A stretch of DNA of 64,000 nucleotides, from contig NC_045138.2 in the NCBI RefSeq assembly GCF_008831285.2, positions 5,332,001 through 5,396,000 of the forward strand, in the 5' to 3' direction. Positions 1 through 13,500 of the stretch are shown piece after piece. Position 1 is the first letter of the stretch, and each line of letters begins with the position of its first letter. The notes under the pieces were generated by a model. That model was not told where the DNA came from and searched no databases. It was given only the letters and a program-made list of their open reading frames with translations. Position numbers and translations under genes: made by a program. This DNA is from Nymphaea colorata (lineage: Eukaryota).

Positions 1-1394
1 ATGATAACTAGCTTAGGTACTACAATGTGCTTTTCTCCCATAGCCTCAAATGATTTAGCATAGGAAACATACAAAAATGCAGTGTCAACATCTTGTCATG
101 GTCTTGGAGGGAATCAACAGGGCTCCAAAAAGGGCCAGTAAACTAAGGATGCTACATTATTTCCATGGTTTACCAGACCGGTGCCTCCCATGGCCCAAAT
201 AAACGAACCACGTCATGGTCTTCAGTGATTTGGCCCAAATAAACGAACAGCTTGCTCATGGTTATTGAGGGTATAGACCTGTTTGTACATGACTTAGTAG
301 CTCACTACAAGCAAAACTGAGCCTGGATTCATAATGAACTTACCATGAGCTGGCTCTGTTTATGAACTAAGTTATTTTTCGAATTTTGAGCCTTGACAAA
401 TTTATATGTACATATAATATTGAATAAGTCTAGTATCGGACCCAGTGGAAAAAAATGGCTTGCACAGATTGGAACTTGGAAGTATTATGCTGCCACTTTT
501 TGGCTAAGGAATAGCTCACGTTTTTCTTTTATCTTAACATAGGAAAAAGGGTGAGGTAAGCTGCTATACACTAATTACTCCACAACCAAAAACCTCAGCA
601 TCAGATGACTTTTCTTTTCCTAATTTAGCATTTCTGGTTAATTACAAGCACACAATGTCGCTTTGAAAGTGACCAGGTTAACACCAGCTGCTAACAACAG
701 CGCTATCCATGCTATTTTTGAGCCTGTGATAGTCTGAAAAGTAATCAAGAAACTTATTGCCGATACTTTCTCAAAGTCAATGGCCACACATAAAATCACT
801 TTCAGCTGTCATAGATACTAAATTCCTAGTTTTTGGCTAACTAGATTGCCTACAAAATAAGTTGTCAGGATTGGAAGTCGAACACAAGTTGTTTAAGACC
901 CTTAAAGATTTACATGGGATTAGTCAGCTTGACTAGGTCTAAGTCACTTGACTATAAATAAATAAATACGGGTCTTTATATGAAAATACATAGAAACACA
1001 CACATAGGTCAAGGATTGAAGGGGGTAACCAAAAATTAGGCTGAATAATTGACTAGTCTGACCAATTAATTGCCCGTTTGAAACACAGGGCAGTTGATAG
1101 CCAACTCTATCGAGTAGTTGAGAATTTGACAACTAAGCCTAGAAAAGCAGATTTGATTCAGCCTAGAAAAGAAGAATGAGATCTTAAGGCAAAAGTTAAG
1201 GTTCTCAGTTTGCAGGTTATGGTGACTATAACAGTAAACTCAAACCCAGCCTAGGAACTACTAAAAGAATAAGATGCTTACTGATGCAAACTAGCTTTTG
1301 AACAATAAACTAAACTCAACCAACTCTACAAATAAAAATTTCAAGGTCATACGTATGCTGCTGATAAATTGAACGCAGTAAAACAATAAAATAC

Positions 1395-1538
1395 CCTTTG
1401 CAAATTGTTCTTCGAACTTGCTCCATCTGCAACAACATAATCAACTATAACAGCTTCCGAACCTTTAAGCTTGTTCAAGTATGTTCTGTTTGTTACAGTA
1501 TTGTAGGTGGAATAATATGCTTCATCTGGATTAATGAC
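1395..1538 (-). CDS. NRPA2: NRPA2 exon 24 ([10 protein letters not shown]...NNLQR), last exon in window
   Basis: CAG|GTC...AGG|GTAT. Confidence 0.9.
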
Positions 1539-4500
1539 CTGCAAAATGCAATAGCACTCAGGATTTTAAAAAAAAAAAATCATTAAGAAACGAGGTTACG
1601 GTTGCAAACAATAAAAACCAACCTGACCAATATATGGAAGACCATCTGAATCAATTAACATCTTTGCAGACTTATCATTGTTATTTCGTGCAAATAATTT
1701 TGGCACATGATCTTTTCTTCCATGTGTATTGGTCAAGTCCACTGTTTCTCGCTGCAAATCAAAAGTAGCAAAAAGATAAGTAGTAGCAGAAAAATAAACA
1801 GAAGTGAAAAGGAAATATATGAACATCCACATCTCAGCAGAAATTTTTAGTTCAGAGTGTCAGGTTCCTGGATTTATTTTATACTGGCAGTTTGAATTAT
1901 ATGCAAGAACCATCAAGAGAAATTGTTCCAATAAGGATGTTCTAATATACAATATAGAAAAAAATTCTAACCAAACCAAAGGATAAGTTTGCAACCAAAG
2001 TATAACCAAGTACCAACTTGTAGGGTGGGAAAAATATGGTGGACCTATGCTGGTACTACGAGTTTTCTTAATTTGGAGCAAAATGATCAATGGTTTATTC
2101 ACTCTCGGACTGTAAGATATCACACTGGGTGTGGGTAAGTTTGCAAACTTTAAATTCTGGGAAAGCAATGCTGCAACAATAGATTATATTAAATAACTCA
2201 TTACATATTGCAGGAAATGTTCTCCTGGCTGTAATTCCAAACTTATTGAACCATTAAATATTCTTAGCTCCCCTCCTTGTATGTTTTGTGAAACATTTCA
2301 CACAAAGGAATATATGCTCAAGGGTGCATAAATCTTCAAGAAGATTCCAATGCAAAAGTCTCGGTGTTCATCTTCAAAGTCTCCGAGTAAGAAGTCTTTC
2401 AAATAATTCTATTATTTGGCATAGTAGATTTGAGCTATTGCAGCTGCAAGTTTATTGAGCAGCTCATCTCTAGAAATTGATTTCTAAGTCTTATTTAAAG
2501 TCAAGTTTAGAATAAGATACCACCTTCCAGTTGTTTGATATGCAAACGTCACGTTATTCCTTCAGTCTAAATAATGGGGCTTCCAAGTCATTTGAGTTTA
2601 CTGCATTCTATGGTTGGGGTCTTGCACCAGAAAAATCTTCTCCTGATAGTAGATAATTATGTTTCTTATTTCGGCCATTATTCTCGACAGTATCAGATAT
2701 TCTTCATGAAGCAAAGAAAAGGAGGTCACTGATATTTTCCAAAAATTTTGTGCTATGATTAGAAAGTAATTTTTTGTCTATTTCTGAATAAAGTGATGGA
2801 GGTGAAGGGTGCTCCTCTCACAATCACATTGAATATCTAATTTTCTCCTTCTCAATCAAATTGTTTGAATGGTATCTCATACCCTCCAAAAAATGGAAAT
2901 CCTGAGAGGAAGTAGCAGTTAGTTATGAACTTCTGATTTATGAATGGAATTATCTTCTCATGGAAATACTGGATATAACCCTCCTTAGACTCTATAGGAG
3001 ACATTTTTTAGTATCAGCACTTGAGATTTTTTAGCTGTCCTGTATTTGTCTTAGCAAGAGAAGGTAATAAATTTGAAAAATAAAGAGAATGTTTGCAAGG
3101 TTTTGAGTACATACTTGGGCACAATGGTCTTAGATGTTATGGTATTGTACCAAAGTATCCGAATAGCAAGAAATGTTATTAATTAAAATTGCTTTTAGAA
3201 TGTCAGTTCTGCAAATGGTTTACAAAAAGGGCATAGTTGAATTGCAATTATACAAATTGCAACTCAAGGTGAAGCCGTTTACACATTAAGAAGGTGAATA
3301 TTGGATACCTAATGTATAACCCAAAATAGAGGAGATTCAACTTTCTATTACACCGGATATGAAGATGATGATGAACCATATATGAAGAAGCTGAACGTTA
3401 AAGAACAAAACAAAGGCATATGCTTGGGAATCAGAAGCAGAAACCTATGTTCACATGGGAGAAAATTACGTGTCACTGAGAAATTCATCATGGATACTAT
3501 CCTGTAGAGAAAATATACAGCTAAGATAATTTTAACGTAGTCAGCCAAATCCTTTTGCAGCTATATGATAATTAAAAGAGCCCAAATTCTCATGTTTGGT
3601 AACGTAGAAAGTGTTAGGTTGTTTGATAAGAATGTGCTTGGCTTAAAGTGGACTAATAAATAAAATATAAACTTGATAAAAATGGAGTCCAAACCTGGAC
3701 TCGATAGAGATGTATTTCTCTATATATGGTATGTCATGTATTATTATATTGCTTCTTTATATTGCAAGGCGTCATTGCCCTCTGATGTAGTAAAGAAAGA
3801 TATAAATTAGAAAAACATGAAATCATAATTCACATTTGTGTTCATAATCATTCAACGCCTCCTTCATGATGGCTCTCTTTCTCATTTCTTGCATCAATCT
3901 ATTTGGTTTTATTTGGATCCATTTGTATTTTCTCTACCATATTCTAAACAAAGAAAAGTGCATTTCAAACATGTTCTCATGCTTTAAATTCTGATAACAT
4001 AGTGATTGGGAAAAAACCTGATATATATGTGCTCTACATAATCCTCGCTCCACCGATGATTTGTTCAAAATCATGGCATCCTCCATGTCGTAACTAAAAA
4101 AAATTAGAGTTAGCAAAAGAAAATACAAAATGCTTAATTAATTCATGCTGGCTGAGAATCCTACCCTGAATATGCGAGAACAGCAACAATTGCATTTGTC
4201 CCAGATGGAAATTCATCCACACAGTACTTGTTATATGAAGATGTACGCACAATTGGTGATTGTGGAGTCTGAACAATGAATTAATAGATGGCTATGTCAT
4301 TAGGATGAACTGACCAAGCACAAGAAAATCTAACAGTTGCATCTCACAGTATACCATCAGTCAATCGTAAATAAAGATGGGTAGAAGAACTAACAGAGAA
4401 AATGATTAACAACCACAAATCACTTGAAGTAATTAAATGGGGAAAAAGTGAGTCAGCATCAATATTTGTTCAATTTATCCTGGACATAGCTTCACAAGGA

Positions 4501-7500
4501 TAGGAATGTCTTTTAGACCCAATTGATTCTGATAAATAAATTACTTTCACCAAACACCTCACTGCTTAACCTTGCAAGGATATGAAACTTTTGAGTTTGT
4601 GGCCTTCAACTGCAAACAGGAAAAATATGATATATGACTTAACCCAAATTTTTTACATCTCACTCAGTTCACTATATCATGTAATTTAACATTAGCATGT
4701 TGGCAATCTGCATAACTATAGACATTGTCCTGTTAATTCTGAGAGCTCAAACTTGGATAGGAGTTATTCGCCCTACTCCATAATTGACAATGTGGAGCAT
4801 TCACATACCATTCATCTTTCATCATTTTGATACAACACAAACATGAATTTAGTTTACTGCAGTAAAAATCCCAATAGTCCTTCCATATCTTCGACGGAAT
4901 CATGTATAATGAGTTGTTGATAATTTTCACCTAGTTCTAATAATTGCTGAAAAACGAATAAAGCATAAAAATCGTGCCCCTATACAGGAAAAAAAAATGG
5001 GTAAACTAGTAACAGAAACATTCTACGGCTGTTCTGCACATGTGCTTTCAAGATAAAACATCTCTGCCTTCTTTTTTAAAAACATGACTAGATGCCTAGG
5101 CTGTGGCACCTGGTTATTCAAATAAAACAACCAAAATATCAACATACCATGGAGCCAAGCTCTTCTAAATAATAACACAAAACCCTTGTTCCTGTCATAA
5201 TGTTTTTTTAACAGAAACAACTAATGCCCTCAAAACAAATCAAACAAATAGAAATTCTAACAAAAAGGAGGAACTGATTCATAAATAAGTGAAGTCCATC
5301 AAATCACAAGAACACAAACCAGACATGCACAAAGACCAAAACATGCCTTCAAAAGTTGTTTTTGGTGTAGCATCATACGAAGTAGAACAAGCACTAACAT
5401 AGGTAGAAAGTACAAAGTGGTTATAAAGGATGCACATATGGAAAGCAAAGGGCCTCACAAGGAGATGGTATGTTTTGTTGTCTGCTCGAAACTGCAAAGA
5501 CTGAGAAGAAAAACCCATGGTTTGCTTTGCCATCTAGAACCAAAAAAAGATACTATAATGTGAATTTCTGTAGAATAGGATAGGTTTGAGAAAAAATTTT
5601 CACAATTTATGAGGTAAATCAGTTCCAATGCCTTGTGATCTTACCTGGCACTGGTACATATTTCGTGGACTCTGATTGTGATCAGACCAAGGTGTGAGAT
5701 TAGCTACAACACTAAGCATTGAAGTTGGATGAACCTCTTCATGAGTTGTTGGAAAAGAAGATAATCTGCTTCCCCCATCCCTACCATCAGGACACCTGAT
5801 CTCCATAAAAGCCTGGCAATGACAAAACAGTACTAAAAGGACTATCTAAAATTTCTCTTTTCCAAATGGCTTTGCAAATTAACCCACAATAAAGTGACAT
5901 CAAAAAGTAAGTTTTTAATCTCCACCAACAACTCAAATAAAAAATTATGTCACCTGTTCAAAAGGCCCAATAAATTCAATCCCTCCTTGCTCCAAATTCT
6001 TCACAGGACGAATAAATCTAGAAGGAGAAGTGAAAAGGAACAATCCAGGATAGGCACCACCAAAGGACAAAGGTACATAACCCACTTCCAAGTCATCAGG
6101 AATCTGACAACTTAACATATTAGCTAGCGAAGCAAAAAGAAACACCAAGTGGCAACTATAACTGTGCAAACTCCGAAGCATACCATTGAATTTGCCAACA
6201 TCTTCAAATTCCTTAGATAAGCAACAGCCTCTGTGGCCTTATCAGCATCTATAATGCCAATAACACAACCGTCCAGAAGGACATTAAGAAGCCTGCGAGC
6301 ACCAGCTTTCTCAAATCGTGGAAGCCGTGGAGTCATACCACAGCAGATCAGTGCACTCAAAATTGACATTCGGATCTTTGAGAAATCTTTGATATTCCCT
6401 TGTGCATCAAAATAAGAGGTTATTCCTGAGAATAACAGAACAGAGAATCAAGAGTCTGCAACAGAATGCTGTTTGACTATTCAGTCATGCTATATCAAGT
6501 AACTCTTAAGAATAAAACTTGCATTAGGACTACGTCACAAATTTAACATCTTTACAGATGAGAAACAAATCCACACTGGATTGTCAACCATGAACAAAAA
6601 CAACAAAATGAAAAGTATCATGCAGAACCACTCACTTTATGATACATGGACAAAACATTTCAGCTACATGGACAACAAACTAAAGTTCTACTTTGCTAGT
6701 TTGTGAAGAGCTTATGCAAGGTAAGAGGTAAGGAAAACAAAACTAAGGCTGGCAAGCAAGTCTAATGAAGGAACGCTTAAAATCCAGTGACTAGGCTTGA
6801 CTCGTCCAAGCTTGACTCCTTGACTCGTGGTGACCTAGACCAGTTTTTATTAAGTATTGTTTTTGAAAGAAAAAATAATGCATAACATGCAATTTAAACA
6901 TAAAAGGTTGTAGAATGACTTGATTACATGTATAACTCTAAAATAAGTCAACCAAACCAGTGTTGTATGTATCGTAAAATACGTATCGTCGCGTTTCCAA
7001 AAGGCAATACAATACACCACCTGTATCGTAAACAGGCAATGCACATGTGCGATACAGGCACTGTATTGCGATATGCCCCGTATCGCACGCTACGGTGTGA
7101 AGGGAGTCCCAAACCCCCTTTTCACGTTCCCTTTTTAAAAAACAGCCCCTTCTTCATTTCTAACCCTAGACATTGTGCCGCCTTGGAGGGAAATCATCGA
7201 TTTTCACCATGAAATCTAGATTAAACTGTGGATTTGTGTGTAGGTGGATGATTCCCGTTGGGAGGAAAGGAGTTTTTTTTTATCTTCTCCATAAGGTATG
7301 AAATTTCCTGCTTTTGCCATACATTCATATATTTTTACCATGATTGAAAGATTTCGATTGTTTTTTGTCAAGTTTACTGTAGGATTTCATTTTAGTGTGA
7401 AGATATGGCATCGTCTGATCCCACATGTTAGTGGTGCGAAAGGGTGAAGGACAATGACCGGTTAAGAATCAAATGTAGCTTTTTGTGAGAACACATTTTC

Positions 7501-10500
7501 AAGAGGGATTATTAGAATGAAACACCATTTGGCAGGGGCACGTTCTGATGTAGCTCCATGCGTTGGAAAATCAGATAAACCTTTGCCTCCATTTATGCAT
7601 CAACAATGTTTAGATATGCTTAATATTTACATCAAAAGAATGTACAAAAACAAATGGAAGAGGCAGGCTATAATGAGCATTGGGAAGATGAAGAAGAAAA
7701 AGAAGAAACTGATAAAAATGTTGAACATGATGAATATGGCATCAGTCTAAGAACAAATATGGAGAGAACAAGAGGTGAAGGGAAAGGAATCATGTATGAA
7801 GGAGGTCGATCTGGCCCATCTGGAAGGAAGAAAAGAGGTGCACTAGATATTAGGCGTGGTCATGGACCTAGTGGTAGTCTAGTGTCGGTTCTATCAGGAA
7901 CTCTTTCCCTTTTTATACTAGCACAGGTTGTTAGGCCCAAATTCGTGCTGCTATAACATCCAATGACATGCTAGATCAGGCACAACTGACTATAGGGAAA
8001 TGGTTTTATGATGTATGTATTCCCTTTAATGCAGCTAATTCCTTTCAGTTCCAATCCATGTCAGATGCAATTGCTTCTAAAGGCCCCGAATTCAAAATGT
8101 CATCATATCATCATATGTTGAGGGGCAAAATTCTTGAAGCTACGGTGAAAGAAGTAGCGTTACATTGCAATCAGTTGAAATTAAGCTGGAAGGAAACAGG
8201 TTGCTCCATTATGTCAGATGGATGGACTGATACACGGTCAAGAATACTTGTGAATTTTCTTGTTTATTGCCCTAAAGGTACAATGTTGTTGAAATCTATT
8301 GATTTGTCTGATGTTCCTAAAATTGCTGAGATTTTGTTCAATATTTTTGATAATGTCGTACAAAAGGTCGGACCTACAAACATTGTATAGTTTATTACAG
8401 ATAATGCTGCAAATTATAGAGTTGCAGGGGATATGTTATTTCAAAAGTATAGAACATTTTATTGGAGTCCATGTGTCACTCATTGTGTTCATCTAATGCT
8501 TCAAGATCTTAGCGAGATGTATGATATGAAATCAGTTGTTCACCAATGCCAAGAGATTATAAAATTTATCTATAATCATGCATACGTATTGAGTTTAATG
8601 ACAAAATTTACAAAATGAGTTGAATTAATACGACCTGTACAAACTAGATTTGCCACAAATGTATTGATTGTGCAGAGTATAGTGAAACAAAGAACTCCGT
8701 TGAGGCAGTAGTTAGACCTGGGCAGCGGGCCAGGCCGCCGCCGGGTACCCGGGCCCGGGTCCGAGTATTGGTTCTGGTCTATTGGGCTTTAGCCCATTGG
8801 GCCCGGCCCGACATCATAACCGGCCAGGTCCGAGTTAAGCTAATGGGCCCATTGGGGCCTGTTAGGCCCATTAGTGGTCGATAATGGATTCATCATTCAA
8901 GAGCGACTTAAAACTTTTACAATGCATTTAGGGATTTAGGGTTTTGATTTTTGAACAGGAGGAAGTTGTGTGTTGAGTAGCCTTGGCGCCGCCACTGTCG
9001 CCGCACCGCCGGTCTGCCACCTTCGTCGTCGACCTCTAGTCCACCACTAGTGCACCTCATGGCTTTTTTGCTGGACTAACAAGTGTTCGGGACACTCTTC
9101 ACCTCCCGTCGCAGTAGGTAAGATCCTTCTCTCTGTCTTTCGCTCTTCCTCTCCCTCTGCCTCTCTCCTTTTGGGCTTTTGTCATGATTCTCCTTTGCTT
9201 ATCGTGGTGAAAGGTTTCATTAGAACTGTCCCCTCTTCTTTGCTTGCTGGTATGGCCCAGGTTGGCCAGCGTTTCGTCCTTGGGGTTTCTCCTACAACAT
9301 TGATTATCAGGCAAATAGGAAGCTGTTGGATGCACTGGCTGATGACCTCAATACCTGTAGCCTCAATCACTGATGACCTCAATACCTGTTAGCCTCAATC
9401 CAAGATCTACAAGTCGGACGGGAAAACAACATTGGTCAGGTCGAAATCGAAGAGATTCCGGGAGAGAATGATGTTGTTCAATGACTTGGATCGGTTGTTG
9501 AAGAGGGGAGATGGATCACCGACTAGCTAATTCATGTCGAGATCGATGCCGATATTAACCAATATATTGACAAAATACAATCTTTCTTTTCTAAAGCCAA
9601 TATGGACTTGGCCCGCCCCGGTCCGATGGGCAGTTAACAAACCGGGCTGGGTCGAACCTCGGACGTGGTTGACAGGCCCGGGTAGCAGGCCAACCCGATT
9701 CAAATCCGGGCCCTTAACGGCATTGGATAAACGGGCCGGTCTGGGAAGGCCTAGCAGAAGTTCTCTAGCGAAGAATGGGCTGCATATCCACAAGCTCATA
9801 AAAGAAAGATTTGTTTCATCTGTGTTTAGATTTGTGGTGGAATAGATTTGGGCATAGTTGTCCAAACCTAAGACTTTTTTCCCAAACATACAGTGCAAGT
9901 GGATGCAAAAGAAAATGAATGTTTTTCAACATGTCCAGAGCAAGAAAAGGAATAGGCTCGAATATAAAAGGTTGAATGACCTTGTGTTTGTTCGAGAGAA
10001 TATCTGGTAGAAATAAAATAACACAACTTAATATTTACATTTTTTTTATAACATATTTATATATAATTATCTAGTACCAAGTTTTCTCTTATTTAGCATA
10101 GACTTAAAAAATCAGCAAAAAAGCACACATCTCAGTTTGATCATATCAGCTTAAAAAACTTTGAAGATCTAGAACCATGGATTGAGGAAGAACCAACTAT
10201 AATATTTGATGATGATGATGATCATCTTTCAATGCTTCAACCTTGAAGCTGAAGCAACAGAAATTGATGATGAAGGAGAGTCTCTTAGATATCATGGTGA
10301 AGATCTTCAAATTCATGAAGATGAAGAAGAAGATGGAGGTGAGGATGAGAATGAAGATGATGAAGATTGTGAATGAGAGTAGAGAGTGCTTTCATTTTAT
10401 GAAGAACATATTTTTCTTGATTTTTACTATTTTTTTATAATTTTTTCAGAAATTTCTTTATTTTTTCTGATTTTTTTTAATATGATATGGTTACGATATG

Positions 10501-13500
10501 TTACAATATTTTATGATACAACGTATCTTAAAGCCAGACCAATATGGCTTACGATATGCTTTTTACAACATTGAACCAAACACAAACAAAGTAATAACAA
10601 GTTATATTTACTTGTGTGATAACATGAAGGTAGCCAAACGATTAAGCTACTGCTGCTGGGCCATAGTTGCACTAAGTAGCAAATGTCAATATATTAACAA
10701 AAAATAACTCAACAAAGTCAAATGTTTGTATATATTAACTAAAAGTCCAAAAGCAAAATGCCCAATGCTCTAAAATTAAAATACATAGATACCATACATG
10801 AAGTTAAGCCTAAGTAGCTTTAACTATTCATTTGAAATATGCAATTTTAGTAAATAAACAATAATTCTAAATTACAATCAAATAATTTATAAGATCTACA
10901 TTAAAATTAAGTAATCAATTAGTAACCAAAATCACCTCATTGATTAAAATACTAAGTATATAGCCAGATTGCACCAAGTCAAACGAGTTTCAAGCCGAGT
11001 CACTCGGAGTTTGCAGCAAGAACTGGCAACCTCGTAAGGGGCCAAGTTCAGCTGAGTCAACAAGTCAACATAGGAATGGAGAAAATTTCTTGGCTCCAAG
11101 CTAAACCAATTGGGCAACCTTATACTTAAAAGCACACGCAGGAGACCACCATTTTCATCCAAACAACCCACTTAGGAGGCCCCACTTATCAAAGCCTGCA
11201 TGTTTTAAAGGCAATTGCTTCAATGAAGTAGAGAGGGATGGCTCTCTCAATTTTATGAGGTTAACTGTTCTAATGGTCAGTTTATTGTAATATTCATGCT
11301 TCCTTGCTAGAAACAACTGAAAACCAACTTAATACACCAGCAGTGAAGCTCGACAGAAAGACCTTAATCTTTTGGTTTGGCCCTGTTTGTGCATATATAT
11401 GCCCCAATTTTAAATCCCAGTTGTTACTCTTCTATATACGTTTGATGATGTACATATGTATATATGTTTGTTTAAGCGCAAATGTTCTACATTGCACTGG
11501 TTTAAGTTTATAGAGTAAAGCACATTATCTGTTTAGGACTGATTATGCCCATCACCAACTACGCAGGCTATTATTATGTATTATCATGGGACAGGTCGAT
11601 TCATACGCTAATAACATAAGCAAAAAACTTTCAATCTCGCATTTTCACTTCAATTAGACACAAAAATATGAATCATATGTGTACTTTTAGTGGCACACAT
11701 TAAGTGGTATTTGTGATATTTGTTACGCCTATGAGAGATTAAATTTGCCTATAAATTTCAAAATAAAGCATTGAAGGAAACTTTCAGGCTGTGATGGCTC
11801 CAAAGGATTAAATTCTTCATTGTCAAACTCATGGGTGTGGGCAGGGTGCCTATGCGACACTTTTTAAAGAAAGTTGCAAAGCAAGATGGCAAAAAAATAA
11901 AAAAAATTAGTCACTATAGATTGCTGTGTCGTCCAGGCACATTTCATGTTTTCCATTCTTCCTCCTTCCCCTCCTTTCTCCTCCTCTTCCAGCTTGCCCT
12001 CTGGTATCAAGGCCAATGAGCAGTTGCAGGGCACAAAGCAAGTGCAACAACCAAACTGCCATGTCCACGTTACATAGTTCATAACGGGTAGGTACTAGCA
12101 GCCAAATGACTCAGATGACATGCTCAATAAGAGACATTCAATCTTCACAAAATCCATGAAGACGATAGAACTGAACTGTATTCAAACTATTCAATAACCA
12201 AAAATTGCACTGTTATCTTTGCCACTAGAAGCAATAATAATCGATGAAGCATCACCTAGCACCATTGAGCTTCATGTATGTACTTTCAGGAGCTAGTTAA
12301 AACATGCACTTAGGTGGGCAGGATGGCGAGGCCTCTGTTGTATCCAGTGCTTTTGACAACAGATATAAACATAATCACATATCATCTAAGAAAAACATGG
12401 CCAAAAGGAAGTGTTCCACATTCTACATACTGACTTCAGATTCAGAAATAAGGTGGGAACTATGAATAATGCTACACATCTATTTTAATTTCTTGAATTC
12501 AAAAATGTGACATAAGCTACGTTGTTAAATCACTAGGCAGGCAATGAGCACAGGCTAGAGCCTAAGCGCTTTAAGAGGTACACAGAAAGGGAAAAAGTAG
12601 AAATTCTTAAAACACACTTTAAATCTTATCATATATAATTGTATATATAGACACATACACATTCACAAAATACTACACGTGTGGAAAGCGAGAAACTGAA
12701 AATGCCATACTAATTGGTTGAAGTTCACATTGAAATTACCAACTCATGACAATAGAATGATTAAAACACACAAAAACGCAAATACATTAAACATTTGATA
12801 ACGTGAGAATAAACATAATTAAATGCTTCAAAGGCCAGCATTGATAAAGGCCGAACTAAAATTTACAAGTTACATAACACAAAAGAAAATCTTAAGTAAA
12901 TGTCAAGAATGATTAAAACACACAAAAACGCAAATACATTAAACATTTGATAACGTGAGAATAAACATAATTAAATGCTTCAAAGGCCAGCATTGATAAA
13001 GGCCGAACTAAAATTTACAAGTTACATAACACAAAAGAAAATCTTAAGTAAATGTCAATGCTAAAGAGCATGCAAACTTTTACCCTGTCTTAAATGCCAA
13101 CGCCTAATTTTTAATTCTGATTTCTAAATTTAAAAACTTAAAACAAAACCTACAATCACTAATCTAATTAAAGAAAAGAGGAGTCCTCAATGTAATCATA
13201 GTTCATAATAACATTGCCTGTCAAAAACCTATCTTCTGTTACAATTCTATAAGACACACATTCAGAACACATGTATTTTTTTTGTGCAAATTCACAACAA
13301 CAAAAAACTATACAAAAACAGAAAAAAAAATCAATGAAAAAAAGGAGAATATGTGATGAAAAAAGCTAAGTGGGAAATAATAAATTGAGCATCTAGGCAA
13401 ACCTAGGTGTCCTAGGTGATGTTTTAGGTGTTTCCAAATAGCAAGTCATCTAGGACCACCTAGCGTATGCAATCAGCCAAGATGGGGGCCTAGGCAAGCC

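Noticed and set aside
1..1394. Further NRPA2 exons
   Set aside because: No reading frame with the expected GDKFSSRHGQKG region found; treated as intron containing TE remnants.
2000..3600. Possible degraded LINE 3' region on the minus strand
   Set aside because: Only faint motif hints (EHIFLC-like); too decayed to support by eye.
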